The translations under genes and the position numbers were made by a program. A DNA stretch of 63,261 nucleotides, counting the filler, from Candidatus Delongbacteria bacterium (GTDB lineage: Bacteria; UBA4055): NCBI GenBank assembly GCA_016937995.1. It is 3 parts of 3 records of this genome, joined end to end, with 100 filler letters (N's around TTAATTAATTAA, not from the genome) between each part and the next. Parts side by side here need not be neighbours in the genome. Positions count along the whole stretch, not along the records: positions 30,806 to 58,415 come from JAFGVM010000036.1; 2 more parts are not named here. One strand, given 5' to 3'. The notes beneath the pieces are model-generated. The model did not search any database. It saw only the letters and a list, made by a program, of their open reading frames with translations, and was not told the DNA's origin. Numbering within the stretch: the first letter of the stretch is position 1; each line of letters opens with the position of its first letter. Positions 30,706 through 40,405 of the stretch are shown in pieces.

Positions 30706-30805
30706 NNNNNNNNNNNNNNNNNNNNNNNNNNNNNNNNNNNNNNNNNNNNTTAATTAATTAANNNNNNNNNNNNNNNNNNNNNNNNNNNNNNNNNNNNNNN
30801 NNNNN
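30706..30805. other. Artificial contig linker
   Basis: N44-TTAATTAATTAA-N44, stops in all six frames. Confidence 0.98.
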
Positions 30806-31150
30806 GCTGAGCAGAAATTGATAGCTGAATATGCAGAAGAATTAATAAAGACCTGTGATCCTTTAAAAGCTCAAATGATCCTGAGCGAAATGGCATTGGT
30901 ATACTATAAGGATTTTTATTTCAGGGAGAGTGAGGAAACATATAAAAAATTACAAGAAATGACGTTAAAAAGCACAGTCGATCTCTCCTACGTAAAATCG
31001 TTATATAACGTAGCTTTATTCAGAATATTTTTCTACCGTCAAAGACTGGCATTCGGACCTTATCTGGCTATGGGAATTATGCTCTCTTCGCTGTATGGCA
31101 ACTGGATAGTGGATCAATACTTTAAAATGATGAAAAATCTTGTTATATGA
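30806..31150 (+). CDS. 3' part of a helical hypothetical protein (5' lost in gap)
   Basis: Frame open from contig start (AEQKLIAEY...) to TGA 31150. Confidence 0.55.
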   Translation, partial: AEQKLIAEYAEELIKTCDPLKAQMILSEMALVYYKDFYFRESEETYKKLQEMTLKSTVDLSYVKSLYNVALFRIFFYRQRLAFGPYLAMGIMLSSLYGNWIVDQYFKMMKNLVI

Positions 31151-31226
31151 TGTCCAATGTCATATATCATGTAAAATATTTATAATATATTTCACTATAT
31201 AGTTCACTAAATAAGGAAATAGAAAA

Positions 31227-32456
31227 ATGAATGATGAAAAAATAATATATTTCGATAACGGAGATACAACAAGAATAGACGATGAAGTTCTTGACTATAT
31301 GTTGCAGTTCTACAGGACAAGTTATGGGAATCCGGTATCTCTGCATTCGTTAGGAATTGAAGCCGATGAGAATATTGCATCCGCAAGAGAAACAATTGCA
31401 GGATTTATCAATGCTGACGCAAATGAGCTTATATTTACTTCAGGAGCAACTGAATCTAATAATATGGCCATCAACGGCATAGCAGGATTCTATAAGGAGA
31501 AGGGAGATCATATACTCATTTCATCAATAGAGCATTCATCTGTAAAAGCAGTAGCTCACAGGTTGGAAAATGAAGGTTTTGAAGTAGAAGAGGTTAAAGT
31601 AGACAAACAGGGTTTCCTGGATATCGAAGATCTAAGATCCAAAATTAGAACAAAGACTATTTTGGTTTCAGTTATTTACGGGAACTTTGAAATAGGAACT
31701 GTTCAGAATATCAGAGAGATCGGAGCTGTCTGCAGGGAAAATAATATTGTTTTTCATACCGATGCAGCTCAGGCTTACGGAAAGATGAGAATAGATGTCA
31801 AAGACGAAAATATCGACCTAATGACATTTAATGCTCATAAAAATCACGGACCTAAAGGTGTTGGAGCACTATATGTAAGAAAAGGAATTAAGCTTAAAAA
31901 AATGATCGATGGCGGGTCCCATGAATTTGGAATGAGGTCCGGAAGTGAGAATATCCCTGCGATAATGGGTTTTGCCCTTGCTTCAGAAATAGCATACAGG
32001 GATCTGGAAATAAATAATTCACATCTAATTAAAATGAGAGATAGACTCGCTGATGGTCTTTTACAGATAGATCACGTAACTTACAATGGTGCACATGGTG
32101 AAAATATTGATAAAAGGTTACCGCATAATGTTGACATCACATTTCAGTATATCGAAGGTGAAGCTATCCTTATGCATCTCTCTTTAAGAAATATTTGTGT
32201 TTCTTCAGGATCAGCATGCTCATCAAAGACACTCGAACCGTCACATGTACTGACCGCTATAGGATTAAAGCATGAACAGGCTCATGGTTCAATAAGATTT
32301 ACCCTATCTAAATTTACAACTGAGGAGGAAGTTGACTCTGTTATACAAAATGTGAAGGAAGTCGTAGAAATTTTAAGAAGTATGAGTTCATTTATACCGG
32401 AAGAACATAGTGAACTGATAAATAAAGATGCAAAGACATTTTACAAAAAAAAATAG
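31227..32456 (+). CDS. iscS: Group I cysteine desulfurase IscS/NifS
   Basis: FTSGATESNN, NAHKNHGPKGVG, SSGSACSS, PSHVL. Confidence 0.93.
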   Translation: MNDEKIIYFDNGDTTRIDDEVLDYMLQFYRTSYGNPVSLHSLGIEADENIASARETIAGFINADANELIFTSGATESNNMAINGIAGFYKEKGDHILISSIEHSSVKAVAHRLENEGFEVEEVKVDKQGFLDIEDLRSKIRTKTILVSVIYGNFEIGTVQNIREIGAVCRENNIVFHTDAAQAYGKMRIDVKDENIDLMTFNAHKNHGPKGVGALYVRKGIKLKKMIDGGSHEFGMRSGSENIPAIMGFALASEIAYRDLEINNSHLIKMRDRLADGLLQIDHVTYNGAHGENIDKRLPHNVDITFQYIEGEAILMHLSLRNICVSSGSACSSKTLEPSHVLTAIGLKHEQAHGSIRFTLSKFTTEEEVDSVIQNVKEVVEILRSMSSFIPEEHSELINKDAKTFYKKK

Positions 32457-32504
32457 AAATTTGAACAAGGTGGCTTAAGCCCCTTGAAACTAAGGAGATT
32501 CAAG

Positions 32505-33164
32505 ATGGCACTTAAATACACTAAAGAAACTATAGAACACTTTACGAAACCTCACAATCTGGGAACACTTGAGAATCATAATGCAGAAGCAACTGAGGGA
32601 AGCCCGGCCTGCGGTGATATGGTAAATTATACTTTGCAGATCAATCCTGAAACATTGATCATCGAAGATATTAGATTCCGGTCTTACGGTTGTGCCTCGA
32701 ACATAGCAACAGCATCAATTGCCACTGATATAGTTAAAGGTAGGCATATAGATGAAGTAAAGAAGATGGGGACATCTGAGGCTGCATCAAAACTTGGCGG
32801 ATTACCTCCTGTAAAAATGCATTGTTCTGTTCTTGCAATAAATGGCATTAAGGCTGCAATAAGAGAATTTGAAAAGAAGATCGGTAGAATTGTAGATGAG
32901 CAGAGAGTTCTGACAGAGAAAGCTTTAAAGAATATTTTAAAAGACATTATTCATCCTAAACACGGTATAAATATCATAGACAACAACAATGTTACCAGAA
33001 TAAAGATCGAAGGTCAGAACGTGTATATTGTTATCGAACTTGAACCAGATGAGGAAATGTTCGCACCGAACATACGTGAAGAGATCCAGGAACATCTTGA
33101 AGCGATGAAATGTTCACATGAGATAATGGTAAAAATAGAATCTAAAACCGGTCAGTTCATATAA
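32505..33164 (+). CDS. iscU: IscU/NifU-N scaffold fused to a C-terminal DUF59/SufT-like domain
   Basis: GSPACGD, YGCAS, LPPVKMHCS; extra domain LKDIIHPKHGINIID..V.I.IEL; ATG 32505 after AAGGAG. Confidence 0.85.
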   Translation: MALKYTKETIEHFTKPHNLGTLENHNAEATEGSPACGDMVNYTLQINPETLIIEDIRFRSYGCASNIATASIATDIVKGRHIDEVKKMGTSEAASKLGGLPPVKMHCSVLAINGIKAAIREFEKKIGRIVDEQRVLTEKALKNILKDIIHPKHGINIIDNNNVTRIKIEGQNVYIVIELEPDEEMFAPNIREEIQEHLEAMKCSHEIMVKIESKTGQFI

Positions 33165-33171
33165 AATAAAT

Positions 33172-33230
33172 CGTAGAGACATACGTAAAGACGTAGTCGT
33201 ACTACGTCTCTACGTATCTACGTCTCTGCG
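33172..33230. repeat. Nested GTAG-REP (REP within REP)
   Basis: CGTAGAGAC[ATACGTAAAGACGTAGT-cgt-ACTACGTCTCTACGTAT]CTACGTCTCTGCG. Confidence 0.75.
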
Positions 33231-33259
33231 TTCCCCCCTAATACTTAACTTGGTCCCAA

Positions 33260-34366
33260 ATGAAATATAACCTAATCGCAACATGCACTTTCGGTCTGGA
33301 ATCAGTTCTCAAAAAGGAATTGATCGGTCTTGGTTATAATGATCTTCAGGTGCAGGATGGCAGAATAACTTTCCAGGCTGAAGAACTTGGTATTGCCCGA
33401 GCTAATCTATTTTTAAGAACAGCTGACAGAATATATCTGAAGTTATCCGAATTCAAAGCTGAAGATTTTGACGAACTCTATGAAGGTGTGAAAAATATTG
33501 ACTGGCAGGATATGGTTCCGGTCGATGGAGTAATGCATGTTAACGGAAGATCAAAGAAATCAAAACTGTCTTCTGTACCGGCATGTCAGTCCATAACAAA
33601 AAAAGCCATCATAGATAAAATGACCAAGTCCTACGGAGTTGAAAAATTCACAGAGGACGGTAAAGTATTCCCCGTAGAGATAATACTTGAGAATGATATT
33701 GCAATAGTAACTTTAGATACTTCCGGAACAGCTTTATACAAAAGGGGTTACAGACTGCATACAGGTGAAGCTCCCTTAAAAGAGACACTTGCTGCGGGAT
33801 TAATACTTCTTTCTAACTGGCGGCCGAATATACCGCTTATAGATCCTTTTTGCGGCTCCGGTACAATTCTTGTGGAAGCAGCCATGATAGGCAGGAACAT
33901 CGCTCCTGGATTGAACAGACATTTTCTTTCGATGAAATGGGATTTTCTAAATAGATCTATCTGGAAAAAAGCTGTCGAGGAGGCTTTTGATAAAAGAAAT
34001 ACTAACAAACTTGAGCTTTTCGGTTCTGATATTGATCCCAAAGTTATAAAATATGCCCAGTTAAATTCTGAAAATGCAGATCTGAACACAATGATAGAAT
34101 TTAAACAACAGGATATAACAGACTTTAAGTTTACTAATAAAAAAGCCTATATTATAACTAATCTGCCTTACGGTGAAAGACTGAGAAACAAGAGCTCAAT
34201 TGATGAACTGTACAGATCTTTTAAAAATTCAATAAAATATAACGACCAGTTCGGAAAGCATATTTTCACTTCGCACGAACATTTTCAGGAGATCTTCGGA
34301 AGGGCAAATAAAAAAAGAAAGCTGTACAATGGAAACATAAAGTGTCATCTGTACAGCTATTATTAG
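33260..34366 (+). CDS. THUMP-domain RNA methyltransferase (RlmL/YpsC family)
   Basis: ANLFLRTADR, LYKRGYR, APLKETLAA, DPFCGSGT, NLPYGERL. Confidence 0.92.
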   Translation: MKYNLIATCTFGLESVLKKELIGLGYNDLQVQDGRITFQAEELGIARANLFLRTADRIYLKLSEFKAEDFDELYEGVKNIDWQDMVPVDGVMHVNGRSKKSKLSSVPACQSITKKAIIDKMTKSYGVEKFTEDGKVFPVEIILENDIAIVTLDTSGTALYKRGYRLHTGEAPLKETLAAGLILLSNWRPNIPLIDPFCGSGTILVEAAMIGRNIAPGLNRHFLSMKWDFLNRSIWKKAVEEAFDKRNTNKLELFGSDIDPKVIKYAQLNSENADLNTMIEFKQQDITDFKFTNKKAYIITNLPYGERLRNKSSIDELYRSFKNSIKYNDQFGKHIFTSHEHFQEIFGRANKKRKLYNGNIKCHLYSYY

Positions 34367-34372
34367 AATATT

Positions 34373-34909
34373 TTACTTACTTATAAAATTATTTGTATGA
34401 AAGAAACCAAGTCTTAAAGAATCATTCGATGTTGTACCGATCTCGTGAATATTACCGTAAAACTCACCCTGAATTTCTTCCCCGGGTATGAATTTCGTTA
34501 TAATTATCTTTGTGATCTCAGCGTTCATATCTCCAGTTTCAATTAAATAATCGCCGTAAAGATCATCATTGGGTGTATCTAATCTGATCCTGTTTGAATA
34601 AGAGTCACTGATCAATATCTCTTGTTCCTGTCCGACTGTTCCAGGATCTACTTCAAACTTAATTGTCCACGATTCATTTACAATTCCACCAACCTCATCC
34701 TGAGCCGTGAAAGTGTAAATATAATCCGGATCCTCAATTATCTGGACATTATCCTTAGCAGTATAATATCTGGAATTCTCTGTGAAATCAATATTCACTT
34801 CCAGCCTGTTGGTCTTTGGAGGATATATGATCTCCTCTTCATCACAACCAGAGAATATCAGTACTAAAGTTAAGGTTAATAATAAAGTCACAATTTTTCC
34901 TGCCTTCAT
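34373..34909 (-). CDS. Hypothetical lipoprotein
   Basis: Lipobox FSGC after a hydrophobic signal; GGAG RBS. Confidence 0.7.
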   Translation of the reverse strand: MKAGKIVTLLLTLTLVLIFSGCDEEEIIYPPKTNRLEVNIDFTENSRYYTAKDNVQIIEDPDYIYTFTAQDEVGGIVNESWTIKFEVDPGTVGQEQEILISDSYSNRIRLDTPNDDLYGDYLIETGDMNAEITKIIITKFIPGEEIQGEFYGNIHEIGTTSNDSLRLGFFHTNNFISK

Positions 34910-34932
34910 AATTTATCTCCGTTTAATCTAAA

Positions 34933-36756
34933 TTAATCATTTCTTCTGTCCATCATATACCATTTATCCGCTTCGCTTTCCTTTTTCTCTACAGTTCTTT
35001 TCTGCGGAACGGATGAATCTGTACTTAATTTTATCGATGCGAAATTTGCATATGTTGATTTTGGATATTTTTCCTTTATCTGACTGTAAATATCAGCTGC
35101 TTTTTCCATATCATATAAATAATTTTCAGCTATTAATGCGGCAGCGTTCATTATTTTGGGTGCTATTGGACTGTCCTCAAATTTTTCAACTATCTTCAAA
35201 TACTCTTCTATTGATTCTGAGTAGAGGGAATCAAGAAATGTATCTGAGGCTATATTGAAGTAATATTTTGCAGAATCCTCAATAACATTGACCAGTTCTA
35301 TTCCTCTTTCATTTCTAACTGCATTTGATGCTATAGTATTGGGATATTTTATCAATATACTATCCTTATAGCCTTCATACAGACTATTATCCATACTTGA
35401 AAGAATATATAAAGCTCTGGATGATATGTGTGGAAGATCAGACATTTTTGAAACTTCTAAAAGATAGTTCACCGCAGAATCAGGCTGATTGATATCATAC
35501 ATATACTTTTCAGCCAGTAACATCTTGTCATTTGCCAACTCTTTATTCTGTTTCTTAAGATCCTTAAAAGTCTCAATTTTTTTTAACGAAAGCTTATTAT
35601 ATTCGTTTTGATCGACACTGTCTTTATATTGCAGTAATTTATTATCAATTCTCGAGAGTTTTGATGCTAATGTATCAACTTTACTGTTTTGAACCGGGAC
35701 CTTCTTTTTTAATTTCTGGAATTCGTTAATTGTTCTCTTTCTTTCAACTGCGAGTTTATAAGTATCATTCCCTCTATCGTAAAATCCTGAAGAATCGTAC
35801 ATTACGATCGCATTTTCAAAGTCCTTTTTATAATTGAAGTAATATTCTCCTAAGAAGAACGCAGTTTTAGACAGGAACGCTCCATTTTCTCTGTTTTTTT
35901 GATTAACCCTCAATATCTCATCTAATTTATCATAGGATTTTTGATAATCTCCCAATGAGTAATACAATTCTCCCATCTTCAGATCACCTTCAAGTGCGTA
36001 TTTATCATATTCTTCAATACTGAGTATATTTTTAATTATTGTAAGAGCACTGTCAATATACCCCTGCTTTTGTAAGGCATCAGAATATTTCATGGTATAA
36101 CTGAATTTTTTCTCTCTGATATCTGTATTATCAATTAACTTTTTGTAAATGTCTGCTGTTTTATTATAATTCTTTGTTTCTTCGGCAAGTTTTGATGCTT
36201 TTTCTAAAAATATTATTTTTTCTCCGGGATTTTTCGTTTCTTCAGCCGCTTCAAGATATAGGTCCAAGGCTTTAGAACTATCTTTTAACGATATACTTAA
36301 CTCTGCATTCAGGTTCATTAAATCCAATGGTTCAATATCAAGATTATCCATTTTTATGCTTTCGATCAATTCGACAGCAGTATCAAAATTATTTGATGCT
36401 ATCTCAACTTCGGCCAACAATACTTTTGCTTTATTTATTAAATCAGAATTTGGATAGTTAGTTATAATTTCTATATACTTTCTTTTAGCTTTGTCGTATT
36501 TTTCCTGCCTGTAGTAACATTGTCCCATCATGAGCAATGCATCATCTACCCATTTACTGTTCGGATAAAATTCGAGGATTTTTGAAAGCTCTTTGATACT
36601 GTTCTCATACAGATTTTTATCAACCTGATTATTTAATTTCCTTTTTTCCTCTGCTTCTCTATAACTTTTTTCTGCATTGAAGTACATATTATAATAGGCA
36701 CAGCCAGTCATAATAATCATAAAAATAAGCAAAAATATTTTCTTAAATTTATTCAT
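34933..36756 (-). CDS. TPR lipoprotein (BamD-like / PorW-SprE-like)
   Basis: MTGC lipobox, YYNMYFNA, YPNSKWVDDALL, repeated YP.S TPR ends. Confidence 0.75.
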   Translation of the reverse strand: MNKFKKIFLLIFMIIMTGCAYYNMYFNAEKSYREAEEKRKLNNQVDKNLYENSIKELSKILEFYPNSKWVDDALLMMGQCYYRQEKYDKAKRKYIEIITNYPNSDLINKAKVLLAEVEIASNNFDTAVELIESIKMDNLDIEPLDLMNLNAELSISLKDSSKALDLYLEAAEETKNPGEKIIFLEKASKLAEETKNYNKTADIYKKLIDNTDIREKKFSYTMKYSDALQKQGYIDSALTIIKNILSIEEYDKYALEGDLKMGELYYSLGDYQKSYDKLDEILRVNQKNRENGAFLSKTAFFLGEYYFNYKKDFENAIVMYDSSGFYDRGNDTYKLAVERKRTINEFQKLKKKVPVQNSKVDTLASKLSRIDNKLLQYKDSVDQNEYNKLSLKKIETFKDLKKQNKELANDKMLLAEKYMYDINQPDSAVNYLLEVSKMSDLPHISSRALYILSSMDNSLYEGYKDSILIKYPNTIASNAVRNERGIELVNVIEDSAKYYFNIASDTFLDSLYSESIEEYLKIVEKFEDSPIAPKIMNAAALIAENYLYDMEKAADIYSQIKEKYPKSTYANFASIKLSTDSSVPQKRTVEKKESEADKWYMMDRRND

Positions 36757-36761
36757 CAGTA

Positions 36762-38264
36762 TTATTCACATTTATTTCTACAACTGTCTTCTACTTCCCT
36801 GAAGTTCACTTTCCCGTTACCCATCACTGGAAGCTCCTTGAAATATAATATTCTTTTGGGGACAGAGATAGGAGGAAGTTCTTTAGACAGTTTTTTCTTC
36901 AGTTCTTTCTCGTTAATATCAGAAGTTGTGGCCACAATTATTTCAGCCCCTTTGGTAACGTGAGGTATTTCAACCGCACAGCATAACTGATCATCTTCAA
37001 GATATTTTTCCACTGCATTCTCTACTGCTACCAGCGAGATCATTTCACCAGCAATTTTTACAAACCTTCTCAACCTTCCTCTATGCCATAAGAACCCGTC
37101 CTCATCCATGATACCTATATCACCTGTATCATACCACCCCTGATGGATGTGTAATGCTGTTTCTTCAAGATCATCATAATATCCTTTCATCACCAGCCTT
37201 CCTTTGACGTAGATTTTACCTTCAACTCCTGTAGGTACTTCTTCATCAGTATTGATATCAACTATTTTAACATTTACTCCCGGTAAAGGCTGTCCAATAC
37301 TACCGAACTTGTTATTATCAACTCTGTTAACAGATATAACAGGACTTGTTTCAGTTGTCCCATAACCTTCAAGTATCTCAATTCCGTGCTTGTTCATGAA
37401 TGAATCTTTAATATTTTTATTGAGCTTATCCCCACCCGCGATGACCAGTCTAAGGCTTGAAAAATCTCCGGCTTGTGATTTCTGAGAATAACCTCTCATA
37501 AATGTAGGAGTTGCTGTTATGATCGTACATTTATTGTTCTTTATTCCTTTGGCTACAGTCTCATATTCCAAAGGATTTGCAAATGTATTTACGGCTGCTC
37601 CTGAAAGCATTGGTAAAAAAAGTGATGTTGTTAAACCAAAAATATGAAATATCGGAAGAACACCTGTGAATATATCATTATTATCAATAAAGAATTCTTT
37701 CTGAATAGCTTCAACATTTGAAAATATATTATCATGGGATAGCATTACAGCTTTGGGTTCTTTTTCACTTCCTGTAGTAAACAGAAGAGCAATAATATCA
37801 TCAGGTGATTTTTTTGCTATAAATAGTTTTGGAATAAAAAATTTTATGAGAGCACTTATTTTTTTTATGATAGACACAGTACTGATAATATCTTCAAGAA
37901 AAAGCATATCCTCCTTTGGTTTTAATCCGATCTTTTCAATAAATTTTCTTGAAGTGATAACATGTCTGAAACGACCTTTCTTTTTTGCGTAGATAATGTT
38001 TTTATCCGCACCAGTGGAATAATTTATCATGACAGGGACTTTTCCTGAGAACAGTACTGCAAAAGTAGTAATAAAAGCTCCGGCAGTTTTTGGAAGCATT
38101 ATCCCTATAAATTCATCCTTCTTCTTCTTTACTATAGATGACAACAGAAGTGATGCTATAAGTAACTTTCCATATGTATATACCTGACCTGTAGTATTAT
38201 CAATTATAGCTATTTTCTTCTTATTTTTAGATGCAACTTCAACAAATTTAGAATGAATACTCAT
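36762..38264 (-). CDS. Acyl-ACP synthetase domain protein (Aas C-terminal-like AMP-binding enzyme)
   Basis: FTTGSEKEPKAV, EGYGTTETSP, WYDTGD, RFVKIAGEMISL. Confidence 0.88.
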   Translation of the reverse strand: MSIHSKFVEVASKNKKKIAIIDNTTGQVYTYGKLLIASLLLSSIVKKKKDEFIGIMLPKTAGAFITTFAVLFSGKVPVMINYSTGADKNIIYAKKKGRFRHVITSRKFIEKIGLKPKEDMLFLEDIISTVSIIKKISALIKFFIPKLFIAKKSPDDIIALLFTTGSEKEPKAVMLSHDNIFSNVEAIQKEFFIDNNDIFTGVLPIFHIFGLTTSLFLPMLSGAAVNTFANPLEYETVAKGIKNNKCTIITATPTFMRGYSQKSQAGDFSSLRLVIAGGDKLNKNIKDSFMNKHGIEILEGYGTTETSPVISVNRVDNNKFGSIGQPLPGVNVKIVDINTDEEVPTGVEGKIYVKGRLVMKGYYDDLEETALHIHQGWYDTGDIGIMDEDGFLWHRGRLRRFVKIAGEMISLVAVENAVEKYLEDDQLCCAVEIPHVTKGAEIIVATTSDINEKELKKKLSKELPPISVPKRILYFKELPVMGNGKVNFREVEDSCRNKCE

Positions 38265-38752
38265 AATTGCTTCCTCATCTTTTTAATAGTTTGAGTTGTG
38301 GATCTCCCCGGAGTCAGTTTTACAACTTTAACTTCTCCACCATTCTTTTTAACAATATCAGAACCAACTATAAATCTAGGATCGTTTTTATCAGTCACAT
38401 CAGGATCATAATCAGATCCCTTAACTAAAACATCCGGTAAAATAAAATTTATCAATTCCACAGGTGTATCCTCGTCAAAGATCACCACATAATCAACAGA
38501 TCTTAATTCGCTTAAAATAAAAGCTCTATCATTTTCAGGATTTACAGGCCTGTCTTCTCCTTTCAACCTTTTCACTGAACTGTCACTGTTTACACCGACT
38601 ATAAGCACATTTCCAAAATTTGCAGATTCTTTTAAATAATCAACATGCCCTTTATGTAAAATATCAAAAACACCGTTCGTGAAAACTATCTTTTTGCTTT
38701 CTTTTCTAATTTCAGATACAATATATTCCAGATCCTTAATATCATCTTTCAT
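38261..38752 (-). CDS. rfaE2: D-glycero-beta-D-manno-heptose 1-phosphate adenylyltransferase
   Basis: FTNGVFDILHKGH, NSDSSVKRLKG, LVKGSDY, GRSTT. Confidence 0.93.
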   Translation of the reverse strand: MKDDIKDLEYIVSEIRKESKKIVFTNGVFDILHKGHVDYLKESANFGNVLIVGVNSDSSVKRLKGEDRPVNPENDRAFILSELRSVDYVVIFDEDTPVELINFILPDVLVKGSDYDPDVTDKNDPRFIVGSDIVKKNGGEVKVVKLTPGRSTTQTIKKMRKQL

Positions 38753-38756
38753 TGTT

Positions 38757-39764
38757 TTATCCCTTTTCTATAGCTCCGGATTCTTTAAGCCTCTTTAACA
38801 GTTCATCTGGATTAACAGGTACGATACTGACATCCTCAACTACAAGTGATGCAGCATAATTTGCTATTGCACATGCCTGCTCAAAAGTAGCACCTGCACA
38901 CATAAAAGCTGTAATTGTTGCAATAACAGTATCTCCGGCACCTGATACATTAGCTATTTTCAAAGCTTTTGCAGGTATGATCTTCATTTTTTCACCCTTT
39001 CTAAAGATCGCAACACCTCTTTCACTCAGTGTTATAACAACATACTTAAAGTCCAGTTTTTTTAACAGGTCGATACCTGCCTTTTCAATCTCAGTCTCAC
39101 TTTTTATTTTTCTTCCAAGGATCTCTTCAGCTTCGTGCAAATTAGGTTTAAATAAAGTTGCACCTTTAAAACTTAAAAGATTGGTCAATTTGGGATCAAC
39201 AGTCACTATGATATTATTTTCGTTACATAACTTGATGATCTTCTTGATTATCGCAGGTGTAAGCATACCTTTGTTATAATCCTGCAATATTACACCGTCA
39301 AGCTTTTTAATGTTCTTTTCAAAATTTTTAATGATCTTCTTCTCTGTTCTACTGTCGATCGAATTTTTATGCTCTTTATCAAATCTTATCACATGCTGGC
39401 TTGATGCGAGAATTCTTGTTTTTACAGTAGTGGGTCTTGATGTATCAATTATAATGTTCTCAATGTTTATATTGTAATTCTTGAGATTTTCAACAAAGTT
39501 CGATCCGTTAATATCGTTACCGATTATACCATACAGACAAGTGTCAGCACCTAACGATCTTAAGTTCAACGCAACATTGGCTGCACCACCCGGTTTTATC
39601 TCTTCATGAGAAATATCAATAACAGGAACTGGTGCTTCTGGTGAGATTCTATTTGTGTCCCCCCAATAATAAACATCTAGCATCACATCACCTATAACAG
39701 CGATCTTCTGTTTCTTAAGACCAGTAAATATCGTTTTTAGCTCTGAGCTTTTAACTTTTATCAT
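38757..39764 (-). CDS. rfaE1: D-glycero-beta-D-manno-heptose-7-phosphate kinase
   Basis: GDVMLD, RISPEAPVPV, GGAANVA, DYNKG, VSGAGDT. Confidence 0.93.
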   Translation of the reverse strand: MIKVKSSELKTIFTGLKKQKIAVIGDVMLDVYYWGDTNRISPEAPVPVIDISHEEIKPGGAANVALNLRSLGADTCLYGIIGNDINGSNFVENLKNYNINIENIIIDTSRPTTVKTRILASSQHVIRFDKEHKNSIDSRTEKKIIKNFEKNIKKLDGVILQDYNKGMLTPAIIKKIIKLCNENNIIVTVDPKLTNLLSFKGATLFKPNLHEAEEILGRKIKSETEIEKAGIDLLKKLDFKYVVITLSERGVAIFRKGEKMKIIPAKALKIANVSGAGDTVIATITAFMCAGATFEQACAIANYAASLVVEDVSIVPVNPDELLKRLKESGAIEKG

Positions 39765-39776
39765 TTTATTCTCAAA

Positions 39777-40400
39777 TTAATTTAATTTAGCATTTTTTAC
39801 AGGGTTACCTTTTATTACATAATAATATTCGTCTGAGATCCCAAGCATAGGATGATCTCCCTTGGAATTACCAAAGGTAATTATCCTTGAAGAAGCATCA
39901 TAGTATTCAGACTCCCTGATCCTTTTTACTTTTTCTTCGTTGTTACAGTTCATTCCGGATAATTTTCCTGTTAATCTATCATCAGATTTTTCTGTCAAGG
40001 TACATATCAGACCATCGTAACCAAGTTCTTTAGCAAAGTAATTCATATAAATATCCGGTGATGCAGTTACAAGAACTATCTTGTATCCATCATCTCTGAA
40101 TTTATTTAACAGATCTAAAACTTTATGGTTGAATTTTACACTCTTTAAATATTTTTTGCTCTTTTTATTAATATAAGCTACTGAAACTCCCGAGTAGAAT
40201 TTCTTATAGCTGTATTCCTTCATTTCATTTCTGGTTTTCATTCCAAAAATGTATTTTATCAGGTTGAAAACCAATCCGGGAATATTTAGTAATATCTTGA
40301 TACAGGATGAATAAAAGAACAAAGACCTTATGTAAGTATCCTTCTTTGTAACGGTACCGTCAAAATCGCTGAATATGATCTTTGTTTTTCCATCATTCAC
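39777..40400 (-). CDS. HAD-IB family phosphatase
   Basis: SDFDGTVT, VTASP, EEKV, FGNSKGD. Confidence 0.85.
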   Translation of the reverse strand: MNDGKTKIIFSDFDGTVTKKDTYIRSLFFYSSCIKILLNIPGLVFNLIKYIFGMKTRNEMKEYSYKKFYSGVSVAYINKKSKKYLKSVKFNHKVLDLLNKFRDDGYKIVLVTASPDIYMNYFAKELGYDGLICTLTEKSDDRLTGKLSGMNCNNEEKVKRIRESEYYDASSRIITFGNSKGDHPMLGISDEYYYVIKGNPVKNAKLN

Positions 40401-40405
40401 AAGAA

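Noticed and set aside
30706..30805. TTAATTAATTAA palindrome within Ns (also 58416-58515) and ORFs running into it
   Set aside because: Artificial six-frame-stop linker; ORFs 58218-58463 and 58460-58774 and any cross-gap synteny are artefacts
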